Assembly: GCA_038087875.1 (NCBI GenBank)
Contig: CM075995.1
Coordinates: forward strand, 3,102,001 to 3,166,000
DNA length: 64,000 bases
Source of the DNA: Malacoraja senta
Taxonomy: Eukaryota
Direction: 5' to 3'
Shown: piece after piece, positions 23,985 to 36,093 of the stretch
How the letters are laid out: every line of letters starts with the position of its first letter
Numbering within the stretch: the first letter of the stretch is position 1
Translations under genes and position numbers: made by a program
Notes under the pieces: generated by a model
What the model saw: only the letters and a program-made list of their open reading frames with translations
Told to the model about the DNA's origin: nothing
The model's database searches: none

Positions 23985-25035
23985 GAAGATGCGAGAGGCA
24001 TAGATAGGGCAGACTATCAGAATGTTTTTTCCCTGGATGGAAGAATTAAATACTAGAGGGAATAGCTTTAAGATGAGAGGGCCAAAGTTTAACGTCTTAA
24101 TTAGTAAGGGTGTCAAAGGTTATGGGGAGAAGGCAAGGAGAATGGGGTTGAGAGGGAAAGATAGATCAGCCAGGATTGAATGGTGAGACTCGATGGGCCA
24201 AACGGACTAATTCTGCTCCTATGATTTATAAACTTCTAAAAGAGATGTGTGGGGCAGGTTCTTTACACAGAGGGTGGTGAGTGCCTGGAATGTCCTGCGG
24301 GGGAAAGGGGGTGGGGGGCGGGGGGGGGGGGGGAGGTTGAGGCAGATACATCAGTGGCATTAAAAAGACGTATTGAGAGATGTGGATATGTAGGGCCATG
24401 TGCAGCAGCACGGTCTTGACATCATGTTCAGCACAGACATTGTGGGCCGAAGGGCCTGTTCCTGTGCTGTACTGTTCTATGTTCTATGTTCTACATGAAA
24501 GAACAATAAAGGATGGGAAAGTGAGAAGCTTTCTGCATGCATTCAAATCCTTTCTGGTACTATGAAAGCATGGACTAGTTCACATGTTCACAAGTTATAG
24601 GAGTAGAATTAGGCCATTTGGCCCATCAAGTCTGCTCCGCCATTCAATCATGACTGATCGCTGCCTCCTCATCCCATTTTCCTGCTTTCTCCCCATAACC
24701 CTTGACACCCGTTCTAAACAAGAATTTGTCTATCTCTGCCTTAAAAATATCCACTGACTTGGCCTCCACAGCCCTCTGTGACAATGAGTTCCACAGATTA
24801 ACCACCCTCTGACTAAAGAAGTTCCTCCTTTCTAAAAGAGCCCCCTTTAATTCTGAGTTGGAGGATGGGAGAGGGAGAGGGAGAGGGGGAAGGGGGCGAT
24901 TGGTACTTGGTCTTATTTAGTGACTTTATTTATGGGCTAAACGCAGGCAAGTGGAACGAGTGTAGACGGGACATGTTGGTCGGTGTTGGGCAAGTTGGGC
25001 CGAAGGACCTGTTTCCACGCCATGACTTTATGACT
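23985..25035. mobile_element. Cluster of CR1 3' fragments (23985-24495 +, 24580-24860 -, 24930-25035 +)
   Basis: Tail motifs gggccgaagggcctgtt-(tctatgt)n and gtagaattaggccatttggccc. Confidence 0.75.
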
Positions 25036-25524
25036 TGTGGTGTCCATAAGGGTCATCTAAGTTGATGAAGAATATTGACTTCCAAATTCATGTGAGTGGA
25101 AACAGAAAATCATTTTTGTTCAAATTGGATCTTGGACGTTAAAATAATCCTCATTCAGAATTATTAATTAAAATGTCAAAATTAATTGCTTTGAGTTGGA
25201 GATTAAAGTTGTGTATGCTGTTCTACACACATTATAAAAATGCTCACCAAGTCAAATTATTTGCATATTACCTCTTTAATTACACATCATTTACATAAAC
25301 TTGCATTTAGCTCTGTCTACCAGTCCATTATGATTACTATCAAATAGGCAGCTTTTAATGCAAGAACAAAAAGAACTCTTTTTGAAATGTGATCAATAGG
25401 ATATTTTAACGGGGTTGAAAAGCTGTGAAGAACGAACAGCACATTGGGAAATAAAACTATCTGCCAAAGTATTGCCTTAGCCACAATGGATCCTAGGCTT
25501 TTACGAGAATGATCGCAGGAATGA

Positions 25525-25885
25525 TTGTTAACAGATGATGAGCGTTTGACGGCATGGCCTATACTCGCTGGAATTTAGAAGGATGAGGGGCAACCTCATG
25601 GAAACTTACCGAATAGTGAAAGGCCTGGATAGAGTGGAAGTTTCCACTTGTGGGAGAGTCTCGGACCAGAGGTCATAGCCTCAGAATTAAAGGACGTTCC
25701 TTTAGAAAGGAACTTGTTTAGTCAGAGGGTGGTGAATTTGAGGCATTCATTGCCACAGAGGGCTGTGTAGACCGTCAACGGATACTTTTAAGGCAGAGAT
25801 GGATAGATTCTTGATTAGTACGGGTGTCAGGAGGATATGGGGTGAAAGCAGGAGAATGGGGTTAGGAGGGAGAGATAGATAAGTT
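25525..25885 (+). mobile_element. CR1 3' fragment
   Basis: tactcgctggaatttagaaggatgagggg...gcaggagaatggggttagg. Confidence 0.8.
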
Positions 25886-26169
25886 CACTTATGAACATGA
25901 ACTTTTTACTGGTGCTTTATGGAGTGCATGCTGCTGATCTGTATTCTAACAATCAACATCATTGGTTTGTGACGAATAAGCCAAATCCTGTTTTTATTGC
26001 AAAAGATCATAAAACATTCCAGGACGTTTACTTTGGTTTTGGGGCTTGTATTCCTAGATTCCATCTCATTTTCCTTGAAACATGGACATTATTGGCTTTG
26101 GTTGACAATAAAATGTAGGGACATGTACAGGAATTCAAATGTGACTGCTTTTGGAGAGGCATGCACAAG

Positions 26170-26482
26170 TAGTTCAGTTTAGTTTAGTTTAGTTTACAGA
26201 TACAGCGCGGTAACAGGCCCTTTGGCCCACTGAGTTCATGCCGACAAGCGATCCCCCACACACTAACGCTATCCTATACACAATTTCCAATGATACCAAG
26301 CCAATTAACCTACAAACCTGTACGTCTTTGAAGTGTGGGAAGAAACTGAAGATTCCAGAGAAAACCCACACAGGTCACGGGGAGAAGGTGCAAACTCCGT
26401 ACAGACAAGCACCCGCAGTCAGGATCGAACATGGGTCTCTGGTGCAGTGAGGCAGCAACTCCACTGCCTGGCCACTGTGCCG
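26170..26482 (-). mobile_element. HE1-like SINE
   Basis: (tttag)n tail and B-box rc ggatcgaac at ~26422. Confidence 0.85.
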
Positions 26483-26569
26483 TCCTAAAAGATAAAAGTG
26501 AAAGTACTTTTAACATTTTGGGTGATTAGACGCAGTTGCACAATTTTTGTTTGAAAGATGAAGGTGGGT

Positions 26570-26655
26570 AGAAGGGTCCCGACCCGAAATGTCACCTATC
26601 GTGACCTCCAGAGATGCTGCTTGACCTGCTGAGTTACTCGAGAACTTTGTGTCTC
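26570..26655 (+). mobile_element. Penelope pLTR fragment
   Basis: gaagggtcccgacccgaaatgtcacc...ctgagttactc. Confidence 0.75.
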
Positions 26656-26996
26656 TGTGGATATTCTTGCATTCCTAGTTGTGCACAACCAGTCCCTGTC
26701 TCCGATTTACACCCTCCCTAGTTAATGCTAAGTTTCAGGTTGTGGACAGTAAGAATCCAATTGAGAAGACTCTGCCTCCAAAAGTGCAGAGGTTTGAATT
26801 CGGAGTGGAGAGGAGACCAGCTGATGTGGATCTGAGGGACCGTGAGGGTTGGTAGGGGGAGAGGAGGTCAATGAGATAAGGGGGGACCAGGTTGTTGAGG
26901 GCTTTGTAGGTGAGGACCAGGATTTTGTAGGTGAAAAGCTTTTTGTTGCATGCTATCCACGGAAAGACAATATATGATTACAGTCAGCATGGTGGG

Positions 26997-27300
26997 TGAC
27001 ACGGTGGCGCAGCGGTAGAGCATCTGCCTTACAACGCCAGAGACCCAGGTTCGATCCTGACTAAGGGGTTCTTGTCTGTACGACGTTTGTACGTTCTCCA
27101 CTTGACCTGCGTGGATAATCTCCAAGGTCTTTGGTTTCCTCCCACACTCGAAAAATGTACAGGTTTGGCTTGGTATGAATGTAATATTGTCCCTAGTGTG
27201 TGTCAGATGGTGTTAGTGTGTACGGGGATCGCTGGTCGGTGCAGACTCGGTGGGCCAATGGGTCTCTTTCTGCGCTGTATCTCTAAACTAAACTCACCTA
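26997..27300 (+). mobile_element. HE1-like SINE
   Basis: A-box tggcgcagcggt, B-box ggttcgatcc and ctaaactaaac tail. Confidence 0.88.
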
Positions 27301-27529
27301 AACAAAACAATTGAGCCATCCACAGCGTACATGATGGAAGGAATAACGTGAATAGTTTAAGAAGTTCATAGTTAAAGTGAGAAATGTTGGTATCGGAGTA
27401 TAGATTTACAAGTGTGGAGTGATTATAAGGTGTGATTGCAGATCCACTTCTGTGGCCAGCACTCAAATAGTCACCTGGCCTGGTCGCCATCTCCCTTTTA
27501 TCTCTCGCCTTTATCCTCCCCACACATGT

Positions 27530-28020
27530 AAGTTCATAAGTTCATTAGTGATAGGAGCAGAATTAGGCCATTCAGCCCGTCAAGTCCACTCCACTATTCA
27601 ATCTTGGCTGATCTATCTCTCCCTCCTAACCCCATTCTCCAGCCTTCTCCCCATAACCCCTGACACTGGTACTAATTAAGAATCTATCTATCTCTGCCTT
27701 AAAAATATCCATTGACTTGGCCTCCACAGCCTTCTGTGGCAAATAATTCCACAGCTTCACCACCCTCTGACTAAAGAAATTCCTCCCCACCTGTGGATCT
27801 GTGGAATTCTTTGCCACAGAAGGCCGTGGAGGCCAAGTCAGTGGATATATTTCTAAGGCAGAGATAGATATACTTTTAATTAGTACAGGTGTCAGAGGTT
27901 ATGTGGAGAAGGCAGGAGAATGTGGTTAGGAGGGAGAGATAGATCAGCCATGATTGGATGGCAGAGTAGACTTGATGGGCTGAATGGCCTAATTTTACTC
28001 CTATCACATGACCTTATGAA
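27530..28020. mobile_element. Inverted pair of CR1 tails (27530-27790 -, 27795-28020 +)
   Basis: About 210-bp arms are reverse complements, e.g. cttggcctccacagccttctgtggcaaa and tttgccacagaaggccgtggaggccaag. Confidence 0.85.
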
Positions 28021-28064
28021 AGGAAGTAACGAATAGCCCAAAAAGCCAGAATAGACCACATTCT

Positions 28065-28565
28065 CGACTGGGCTTCTATTCGCTGGAATTTACAAGGATG
28101 AGAGGGTATCCTATAGATTGAATGGCGGTGCTGGCTCGAAGGGTTGAATGGCCTACTCCTGCACCTGTTGTCTATTGTCTATTGTCTATTGAGAATGATT
28201 GGTTTAGAATGGGTTCGGAGGATTGAACAGGGTAGATGCAGGAAAAATGTTCCTGATGTTGGGGGAGTCCAGAACCAGAGGTCACAGTTTAAGAATAAGG
28301 GGTGACTGAGATGAGGAAACACTTTTTGACCCAGAGAGCTGTGAATCTGTGGAATTGTTTGCCATAGAAGGCAGTGGAGGCCAATTCACTGGATGTTTTC
28401 AAGAGGGAGTTAGATTTAGCTCTTGGGGCTAAGGGAATCCAGGGATATGGGGGGAAAAGCTGGAACGGGGTACTGATTTTGGATGATCAGCCATGATCAT
28501 ATTGAATGGCGGTGCTGGCTCAAAGGGCCAAATGACATACTCCTGTACCCATTTTCTATGTTTCT
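28065..28565 (+). mobile_element. CR1 3' fragment with an internal ~100-bp templated insert
   Basis: CR1 sequence runs 28065-28116 and resumes at 28219 (aggattgaacagggtagatgcagg). Confidence 0.8.
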
Positions 28566-28692
28566 TTTCTGCTCCTATCACTGCTGACCTATGACCTTAT
28601 GATCGTTGCCCTCTACTGAGATGAGCTGCTGACCCTCTTGCGGAAGCTTATTCTGCCGAACCCATTCTAAACCAATCTTTCTCAATAAACTA

Positions 28693-29278
28693 CAGACAAT
28701 AGACAATAGGTGCAGGAGTAGGCCATTCGGCCCTTCGAGCCAGCACCGCCAATCAATGTGATCATGGCTGATCATCCCCAATCAGTGCCCCGTTCCTGCC
28801 TTCTCCCCATATCCCCTGACTCCGCTATCTTTAAGAGCCCTGTCTAGCTCTCTCTTGAAAGCATCCAGAGAACAGGACTCCACCGCCTTCTGAGGCAGAG
28901 AATTCCACAGACTCACAACTCTCTGTGTGAAAATGTTTTTCATCATCTCCGTTCTAAATGGCTTACCCCTTATTCTTAAACTATGGCTCCTGGTTCTGGA
29001 CTCCCCCAACATCGGGAACATGTTTTCTGCCTCTAGCGTGTCCGAACCCTTAATAATCTTACATGTTTCTATAAGAAACCCTCTCATCCTTCTAAATTCC
29101 AGAGCATACAAGCCCAGCCGCTCCATTCTATCAACATATGACAGTCCCACCATCCTGTGAATAAACCCTGTGAACCTTCGCTGCACTCTCTCATTAGCAA
29201 GAGTGTCCTTCCTCAAATTGGGAGACCAGAACTGCACACAATACTCCAGGTGTGGTCTCACTAGGGCCCTGTACAACT
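28693..29278 (-). mobile_element. CR1 3' fragment
   Basis: ORF 28782-29276 has YRALVRPHLEYCVQFWSP and FTQRVVSLWNSLP; (gacaata)n tail. Confidence 0.92.
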
Positions 29279-29777
29279 CAGCTTCCTTTTGAAATCCCTA
29301 AGCTATCGGCCTGACACATCGTCTTGTGGCGTTTAAGTCATTTCCTGTGTACGACATGTTTACGTCTGAGACTGCTGCTGTGTTTACGTCCAGTGTTAGG
29401 AGCGATGGTCCCATCTGTAGCATGACTTTGAGGAAGTTGTTCAATGATCCGTTGCTGAGTAAGTCGATGCTGGAACACAATGTTCATGGTCAAATCCTCC
29501 CACAATCTTCCCTCTTCCTTATCAACAAATAGTGAGCTGGTTCTCCGTACGTACGTTTGTGTTCACTCCAGTGATCAGAATATGCGTTGCAGTGTTGATA
29601 TTAGGTATTGCCAACGGCATCATTTTAAAGGCCAGTCAGATAATAAAATCTAATTTATCTACTGTTCCTTCCGGTGGCTTGTTAACCTGGAACACATTGA
29701 CCGCATGCTGTGAATGATCTGCGACTGGAGCCTTCCCCGCCCCCCGACCCGCCACCCTATTCTTTCACAATGAGAAT

Positions 29778-30340
29778 TTGTAGGAAGGAACTGCAGAAGC
29801 TGGTTTAAACGCGAAGATAGACACAAAAAGCTGGAGTGACTCAGTGGGACTGGCAGCATCCCTAGATAACAGGAATAGGTGACGTTTCTGGGTCGAGACC
29901 CTTCTACAGACTGACTCATGGGAAAGTGAAACGAGAGATATAGACGGTGATATAGAGAGATATAAAACAAATGAATGAAAGATATGCAAAAAGTAACGAC
30001 GATCAAGGAAAGGTGGAGCCCACAATGGTCCATTGTTGGCTGTGTGCTAGGTGATAACGGGTTATACAGAGAGTTAAACTCAACAGGATGACAGTGAAAC
30101 TAGTACGACGACTAGGGTGCGTGACGGACGGAGAGAAAGGGGATGCAAGTTCAAGTAACCCTTACAACCTCTCTCTCTCCCCGTCCCTCCCCCACCCTAA
30201 TCACCGTGCAAGTTTCACTGTCGTCCTGTTGAGTTTCACTGTCTGTAACTCGTTATCACCTAGCCCACAGCCAACAATGGACCATTGTGGGCTTCACCTT
30301 TCATTGATCATCGTTACATTTTGCGCATCTTTCATTCATG
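29778..30340. mobile_element. Penelope pLTR (-) with inverted partial copy (+)
   Basis: ~29970-30120 and ~30190-30340 are reverse complements (cacaatggtccattgttggctgtg and cacagccaacaatggaccattgtg). Confidence 0.82.
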
Positions 30341-30820
30341 TCGTTATGGATGTCCTGGTCTGACCTGAATGTTACCAAGCATGGCCAATGGTCCCCTTTT
30401 AATTAGCGTTGGCGTTCTCGGCATCCCGACATTATGGGAACTGCTCGTGATTCCAAGGATGGGAATAATGGCCTGATCATTACAGTAAAGCTGCAGAGGC
30501 GAAGCCACAAGAAGAGTCAGCATTTGACTTTATTCAACCAGTCATCTTCTGTTTTTTTGGCATCAGCTAGTGTTACAAGATCTATGGAACCAATTCAAAC
30601 CACTAATCAGCCCTCACTCCAGCTCAGTCAGTCAGATCATGCCTTCTGTTTTGATCGAATGATTCTCAGACCCCACATTATCTCTTGTTTTATTGCAATG
30701 TTGCCTTCGGCATAAGGAAGGAACACATCCTACAATGCTTTAAAATGAGTTGCAGGTTGTCGCTAGATTCTGGTGAAAGCTGTTACAGCAAATCCCATTG
30801 GTGCAACTCAGTACAAGGAT

Positions 30821-31136
30821 GTCACTGTAGTGCAGTGGTAGAGCTACTGCCTTCCAGCGCCAGAGACTCCGGTTCGATCCTGACTACGGGTGCTGTCCGT
30901 ACGGAGTTTGTACGTTCTCCCCGTGACCTGCGAGGGTTTTTCTCCGAGATCTTTGGTGTCCTCCCACACTCCAAAGACGTACAGGTTTGTAGGTTAATTG
31001 GCTTGGTATAAATGTAAATTGTCCCTAGTGTGTGTAGGATAGTGTTAGTGCGCGGGGATCGCTGGTCGGTGCGGACTCGGTGGGCCAAAGGGCCTGTTTG
31101 CCTGCTGTATCTCAAAACTGACAAACTAAATTAAAC
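30821..31136 (+). mobile_element. HE1-like SINE, full-length
   Basis: A-box tagtgcagtggt, B-box ggttcgatcc and CR1-like tail. Confidence 0.88.
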
Positions 31137-31191
31137 TCCTATATATCATGAAGTAACTCAAAGTTCTTCACGGGAACATTATCGAATAAAT

Positions 31192-32000
31192 GTTCATACG
31201 TTCAACGAGCAGAATTAGGCCATTCGGCCCATCAAGTCTACTCCACGATTCAGTCATGGCTAATCTATCTTTACCTCTCAACCGCATTCTCCTGCCTACT
31301 CCCCGTAACCCCTGACACCCTTACTAATCAAGAATCTGTCAATCTCTGCCTTAAAAATATCAAATTACTTGGCCTCCATAGCCGTCTATTTTTTAAGTTT
31401 AGTTTAGAGATACAGCGCGAAAACAAGTCCTTCGGCCCGCCGGGTCCACGCGGACCAGCGATCCCCATACACTAACACTGTCCTACACACACTAGGGACA
31501 ATTCACAATCTTTACAGAACCTGCATGTCTTTGGAGTGTGGGAGGAAACCGGAGATCCTGGAGAAAACCCACGCTGGTCACGGGAAGAACGGACAAACTC
31601 CGTACAGACAGCATCTCAGGTCAGGATTGAACCCGGGTCCTTAACGCTGTAAGACAGCAACTCTACCGCTGCGCCACCATGCAGTCTGTGCAGGCAATGA
31701 ATTCCACAGATTCACCACACTCTGACTAAAGAAATTCCTCCTCATCTCATATTCAACCAAGTGACCAGAAGAGTTCGCATAGAGTCATAGATTGATACAG
31801 CGTGGAAACAGGCCCTTCAACCCAACTTGCCCACACCGGCCAACATGTCCCAGCTACACGTTCCACCTGCCTGCGCTTGGTCCATATCCCTCCAAACCTG
31901 TACCTGTCTAACTGTGTCTTGAACAATGGGATAGTCCCAGCCTCAACTACCTCCTCCAGCAGCTTGTTCCATACACCAACCATCCTTTGTGTGAAAACGT
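31192..32000 (-). mobile_element. CR1 tail split by an HE1-like SINE (31390-31682), followed by another CR1 tail (31778-32000)
   Basis: ggcctccatagccgtctat resumes as ggcaatgaattccacag after the SINE. Confidence 0.82.
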
Positions 32001-32447
32001 AAAACCAGATTTTATACATCATCTTGAAGGGATGGGAGAGAGCTGAGGGAGTTTGAGCAGGTTGCAGAGGTCTTTGCCTTAGGGCAAGGACAGGTTAGTT
32101 GTCATTATTGAAGATATGAAAATCAAAGATGCACAAATAAGCAAAATTATTATTCAGGCAACACCTTGCTTGTTTGTTACATATCTGAAGCAATATTCCA
32201 CTCTTGTCATGCAGGCATATGACCTTGTGTGCAGGGCAGGAAGACATGAAAGATGGGGCACCCTCAGGCTAAAGTACAAGTGCACCTCCAAATGTTACAG
32301 AGGGTTAATTATCTCCACCTATCTGAAGACAGCTGTGGGCAATACGAAAGGGCATTTTTTAAATTAAAGGGTGGGGGAACAACAGCTGGAAGGATGTAGG
32401 AAACAATTAGGAACTAACTTGGCTATTTAAAGTTCAATTAATGAGTA

Positions 32448-32585
32448 GGCAGGAACCGCAGATGCTGGTTTAAACCAGATAGTCACGAAATGCTGGAGTA
32501 ACTCAGAAGGGTCTCGTCCCGAAACGTCACCCATTCCTTCTCTCCAGAGATGCTGCCCGAGTTACTCCAGCATTTTGTGTCTATC
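32448..32585. mobile_element. Penelope fold-back mini-insertion with 15-bp TSD (1 mismatch)
   Basis: ttcaatt(a/g)atgagta at 32433-32447 and 32586-32600. Confidence 0.85.
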
Positions 32586-32709
32586 TTCAATTGATGAGTA
32601 ATTGGCTGATTAATTGAATACACGGAGTGTGGTTATTTGCTGGAGTGAGCCTTTACGTTAATAATCTGAAGGGACAATTTTTGAGTCATTGCTGATTTTT
32701 TTCAGAATT

Positions 32710-33511
32710 GTTGCAAATCAAGCCTCCCTGTATATGTTGTACTGCTCCCTCATACTCCCATACATGATCTACTGTGTGGAGGTATGGGGGAACACATACA
32801 AAACAAATACACATCAAATCTTCATCCTCCAAAAAAGAGCAATATGAATTATACATAAGACCACCTACAGACAATCAACAAAACCATTATTTATCAGACT
32901 AAAATATTAAAATTTCAAGATCTGACAGATTATAAAACGATCCAAATTATGTTCAAAGCAGCTAATCATCAATTGCCTTGTAATATCCAGGGGTTGTTCC
33001 AACAGAGAGAAAGCAAACACAACCTGAGAGGAACCTATATATTCGAAAAACCGGCAATAAGAACTAATGCAAAACTCCATTGTGTTACAGCAAAGGGTGT
33101 TAGTCTCTGGAATAACTGCCATGATGAGCTGAAAAAATGTAAGACTCTATTCAAACTAAAAACACTCTTCAGAAACAAAAGATTGAATGGTTATGAGCTG
33201 GACCAGTGATTTTCTTTTCTGTTTGGTTATTTCTTGTTTGTGGACTGTTCAACAGATTTTGGGTCCATTTGTTCCCATTATTTTGTTTTTCCATGAAAAT
33301 GTGTAGAAAATAAGAGGGGGTAGGACCAGAAAAGTTTTCGAACTTCTTCTTACCCCTTTTGAACATGAACGATATTATTTGTATTATTTGAGTTACTTAT
33401 TTGTTTGTTTTCCTTTGTGTTTTATTTTATTTTTATTGCTTATAAGTTTATTTGTGTTTGTATTTTTTAACATGTTCAATAAAATAAAAAAAATAAAAAA
33501 AATTAAAAAAA
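32710..33511 (+). mobile_element. Crack/Daphne-like (L2-group) LINE 3' end with A-rich tail
   Basis: Translates LYMLYCSLILPYMIYCVEVWGNTYK...ILQKRAI and then KGVSLWN. A 3'UTR stem-loop lies at ~33311-33360, with AATAAA and an A-tail at 33478-33511. The clade call is from motif recall. Confidence 0.75.
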
Positions 33512-33950
33512 GTTCCCCTTCCATCTCCTCCTCCCCTGCACCATCTTCCTTGCTCCACTGCGACACTTCCCCCCCCTTCCTCCCTCATCCCCCCTCCTCC
33601 CCACTCCTTCTCACCCCACCCCCTCCCTCCCTCATCTTCCCTCTCTCCCCAACCCCCTCACACACCCACTCAATCCCTTTCCCCCCATTTGTTGCGGGGG
33701 GGGGGAGGTGTGTGGGAGGGGGGTGTTTGTGGGTGGGTGGTGTTTGTGGGTGGGGGGGGGTTGTGGGGGAGGGGAGGTTGTGGGGGGGAGGGGTGTGGGG
33801 GCAGGATGGGGGTTGTAGGGCAGGGTGGGGTTGTGGGGGGGAGGGGTGTGGGGGCAGGCGGGCAGTTGTGGGGGAGAGGGGTGTGTGTGGGTGGGGTGGG
33901 GAGGGGTTGTGGGGGAGAGGGGTGTGGGTGAGTTGTGTGGGAGAGGGCAG
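33512..33950. repeat. C-rich block followed by G-rich block (low complexity)
   Basis: 33512-33687 is C-rich; 33696-33950 has dozens of G3-G9 runs. Confidence 0.9.
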
Positions 33951-33954
33951 TTAG

Positions 33955-34325
33955 TGCAGGGGGGGTTGCGTTTGGGGAATGGGTTGCATTAGGGGACCAG
34001 GCCTCCCGTGTGACTGGGACCCAACGGCGATGGCGCAGGAAGGGGTGGACTGTCCCGGAGAGTGACAGGAGAAAAGATCAATCCACGCGGCGCTGACTGG
34101 CAGGAGAGGAGATTGATCTGCACATGTGCAGTTTTTAAGATTTTTAAACCTCGCTAACCTTTACAATATTCCACCGATCGGAACAAAACTTGTTACACTC
34201 GCAGTGCAGGAGAATGGTGAGTGAGCTGGCAAAAAATCGTAGCGCTATCTCATACTGTTTTTGCGCAAATAGAAAGACCACGTAAACCGGAAGAGCACAA
34301 GATCAGTGTTTTAGTTATGGATAGA
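33955..34325. mobile_element. Helitron-like pieces in opposite orientation: 3' subterminal (+, 33955-34027) and 5' end (-, 34030-34325)
   Basis: ggggaccaggcctcccgtgtgactgggacccaacgg matches 47326-47361. The reverse complement atccataactaaaa...ccgatcg resembles the start at 38669. Confidence 0.55.
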
Positions 34326-34361
34326 TGGATAGATAGATAGATAGATAGATGGATAGATAGA

Positions 34362-34394
<33 letters not shown>

Positions 34395-34447
34395 GGACGG
34401 ACGGACGGACGGACGGACGGACGGATGGATAGATAGATAGACAGACA
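34319..34447. repeat. Compound (GATA)n(GACA)n(GACG)n microsatellite
   Basis: Seen directly in the sequence. Confidence 0.95.
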
Positions 34448-34751
34448 CTTCATGGTCACACATCAGTTGGAATGATAGATTACAGGAATGACCTGAGAAC
34501 AAGGCCTTGAAAGTAAGACGTGTTTTTTCCCCCAGCTACACATTAACTTCGCTCAGCTTCATTTATGTTTGAAGGCTGTCCACACAATGGAAATAAAAGG
34601 ACATTTTTTCATTTTCCCCTTCCCTTTGAATTTTCCAGTTTGAAGGAGAAATTTATCTTTTGCTTTTACTAACTTGAGGGCACCTAACACGCTGAATTCT
34701 GCAACGTCGCTGCATGCTCTTTGTTCTTTTAGAAGGGTACACTTGACCTGG

Positions 34752-35041
34752 GTGGCACAGTGGTGCAGCGATAGTTACTGCCTTACAGTGCTGGAGACCC
34801 GGGTTCGATTCCGACTGTGGTCTGTATGGAGTTTGCACATTCTCGCCATGACCTGCTTGGGTTTTCTCTGAGATCTTCGGTTTCCTCCCACACACCAAAG
34901 ACGTACAGGTTTGTAGGTTTGTTTGCTTGGTAAATGTAAAAATTGTCCATGGTGTTTGTAGGATAGTGTTAATGTGTGGGGATCGCTGGTCGGCGCAGAC
35001 TCAGTGGGCTGAATTGCTGCATCTCTAAACTAAACTAAACT
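34752..35041 (+). mobile_element. HE1-like SINE
   Basis: A-box tggtgcagcgat, B-box ggttcgattc and (ctaaa)n tail. Confidence 0.87.
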
Positions 35042-35049
35042 TGTCATGG

Positions 35050-35516
35050 GTAAACACAAAATGCTGGAGGAACTCAGCGGGACAGGCAGCATCTCTGGAG
35101 AGAAGGAATGGGTGACGCGTTGGGTCGAGACCCTTCCGCAGACGGACGTCAGGGGGGAGGGAGATAGATAGATAAGGAAGTGTGAAGGTGTGAAAACTGG
35201 GCAAAGGGAATGGAGATCAAGGAAATTGTAGAGTCGATCATTGTTAGCTGGGAGAAGGTAACAACAAAGCAAACAGAGATAAAATATAATCAGGGACAGA
35301 AAGCCTGGTCGGAGAACTGGGGAGGGGATGGAGAGAGAGGGAAAGCAAGGGTTACTTGAAGTTAGTGAAGTCAATGTTCATACCGCTGGGGTGTAAGTTG
35401 CTCAAGCGAAATATGAGGTGCTGTTCCTCCAATTTGCGCTGGGCCTCACTCTGACAATGGAGGAGGCCCAGGTCAGAAAGGTCAGTGTGGGAATGGGAGG
35501 GAGAATTAAAGTGTCC
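35050..35516 (-). mobile_element. Penelope-like element 3' end (GIY-YIG endonuclease C-terminus + pLTR)
   Basis: HFNSPSHSHTDLS..GLLHC..EAQRKLEEQHLIFRL..LHPSGMNIDF* followed by the pLTR. Confidence 0.88.
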
Positions 35517-35567
35517 AGTCATGGATCTTAATCTAACAACAGATGAAAGATGTAAAGATATAAAGAT

Positions 35568-36093
35568 TCTGGGCACCATGTTATAGGAAAGATATTCTCA
35601 AGCTTGAAAGAGCTCAGAGAAGATTTACGAGGATGTTGCCAGGACTGGAGAGTCTGAGCGAAAGGGAGAGGTTGAGTAAGTTGGGTCTCTATTCCTTTGG
35701 AGTGCAGGAGGATGAGGGAGGATCTTATAGAGGTATATTAAATCATGAGAGGAACAGATCAGGTAGATGCACAGATTCTCTTGCCCAGAGTGGGGGAATT
35801 GAGGACCAGGGGACATAGGTTTAAAGTGAAGGGGAAGCGATTTTATAGGAATCTGAGGGGTGACTTTTTCACACAAAGGGTGGTGGGTGTATGAAACAAG
35901 CTGCCTGAGGAGGTAGTTGAGGCAGGTAGTATTGCAACGTTGAAGAAACATTTGGACAGGTACATGCATAGGACAACTTTGCAGGGATATGGACCAAATG
36001 CAGGCATGTGGGACTCGTGTAGATGGGATGTTGGCCAGTGTGGGCAAGTTGGGCTGAAAGGCCTGTTTCCATGCTGTATCACTCTATGACTCT
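35568..36093 (+). mobile_element. CR1 3' fragment
   Basis: ttctgggcaccatgttatagg...gggctgaaaggcctgtttcc-(actctatg). Confidence 0.85.

Noticed and set aside
26997..27070. tRNA genes
   Set aside because: The A/B boxes belong to SINE heads that continue into the SINE body and CR1-like tail; no complete cloverleaf was seen.
33379..33954. Pro/Gly-rich 191-aa ORF
   Set aside because: It arises from low-complexity sequence spanning a LINE tail.
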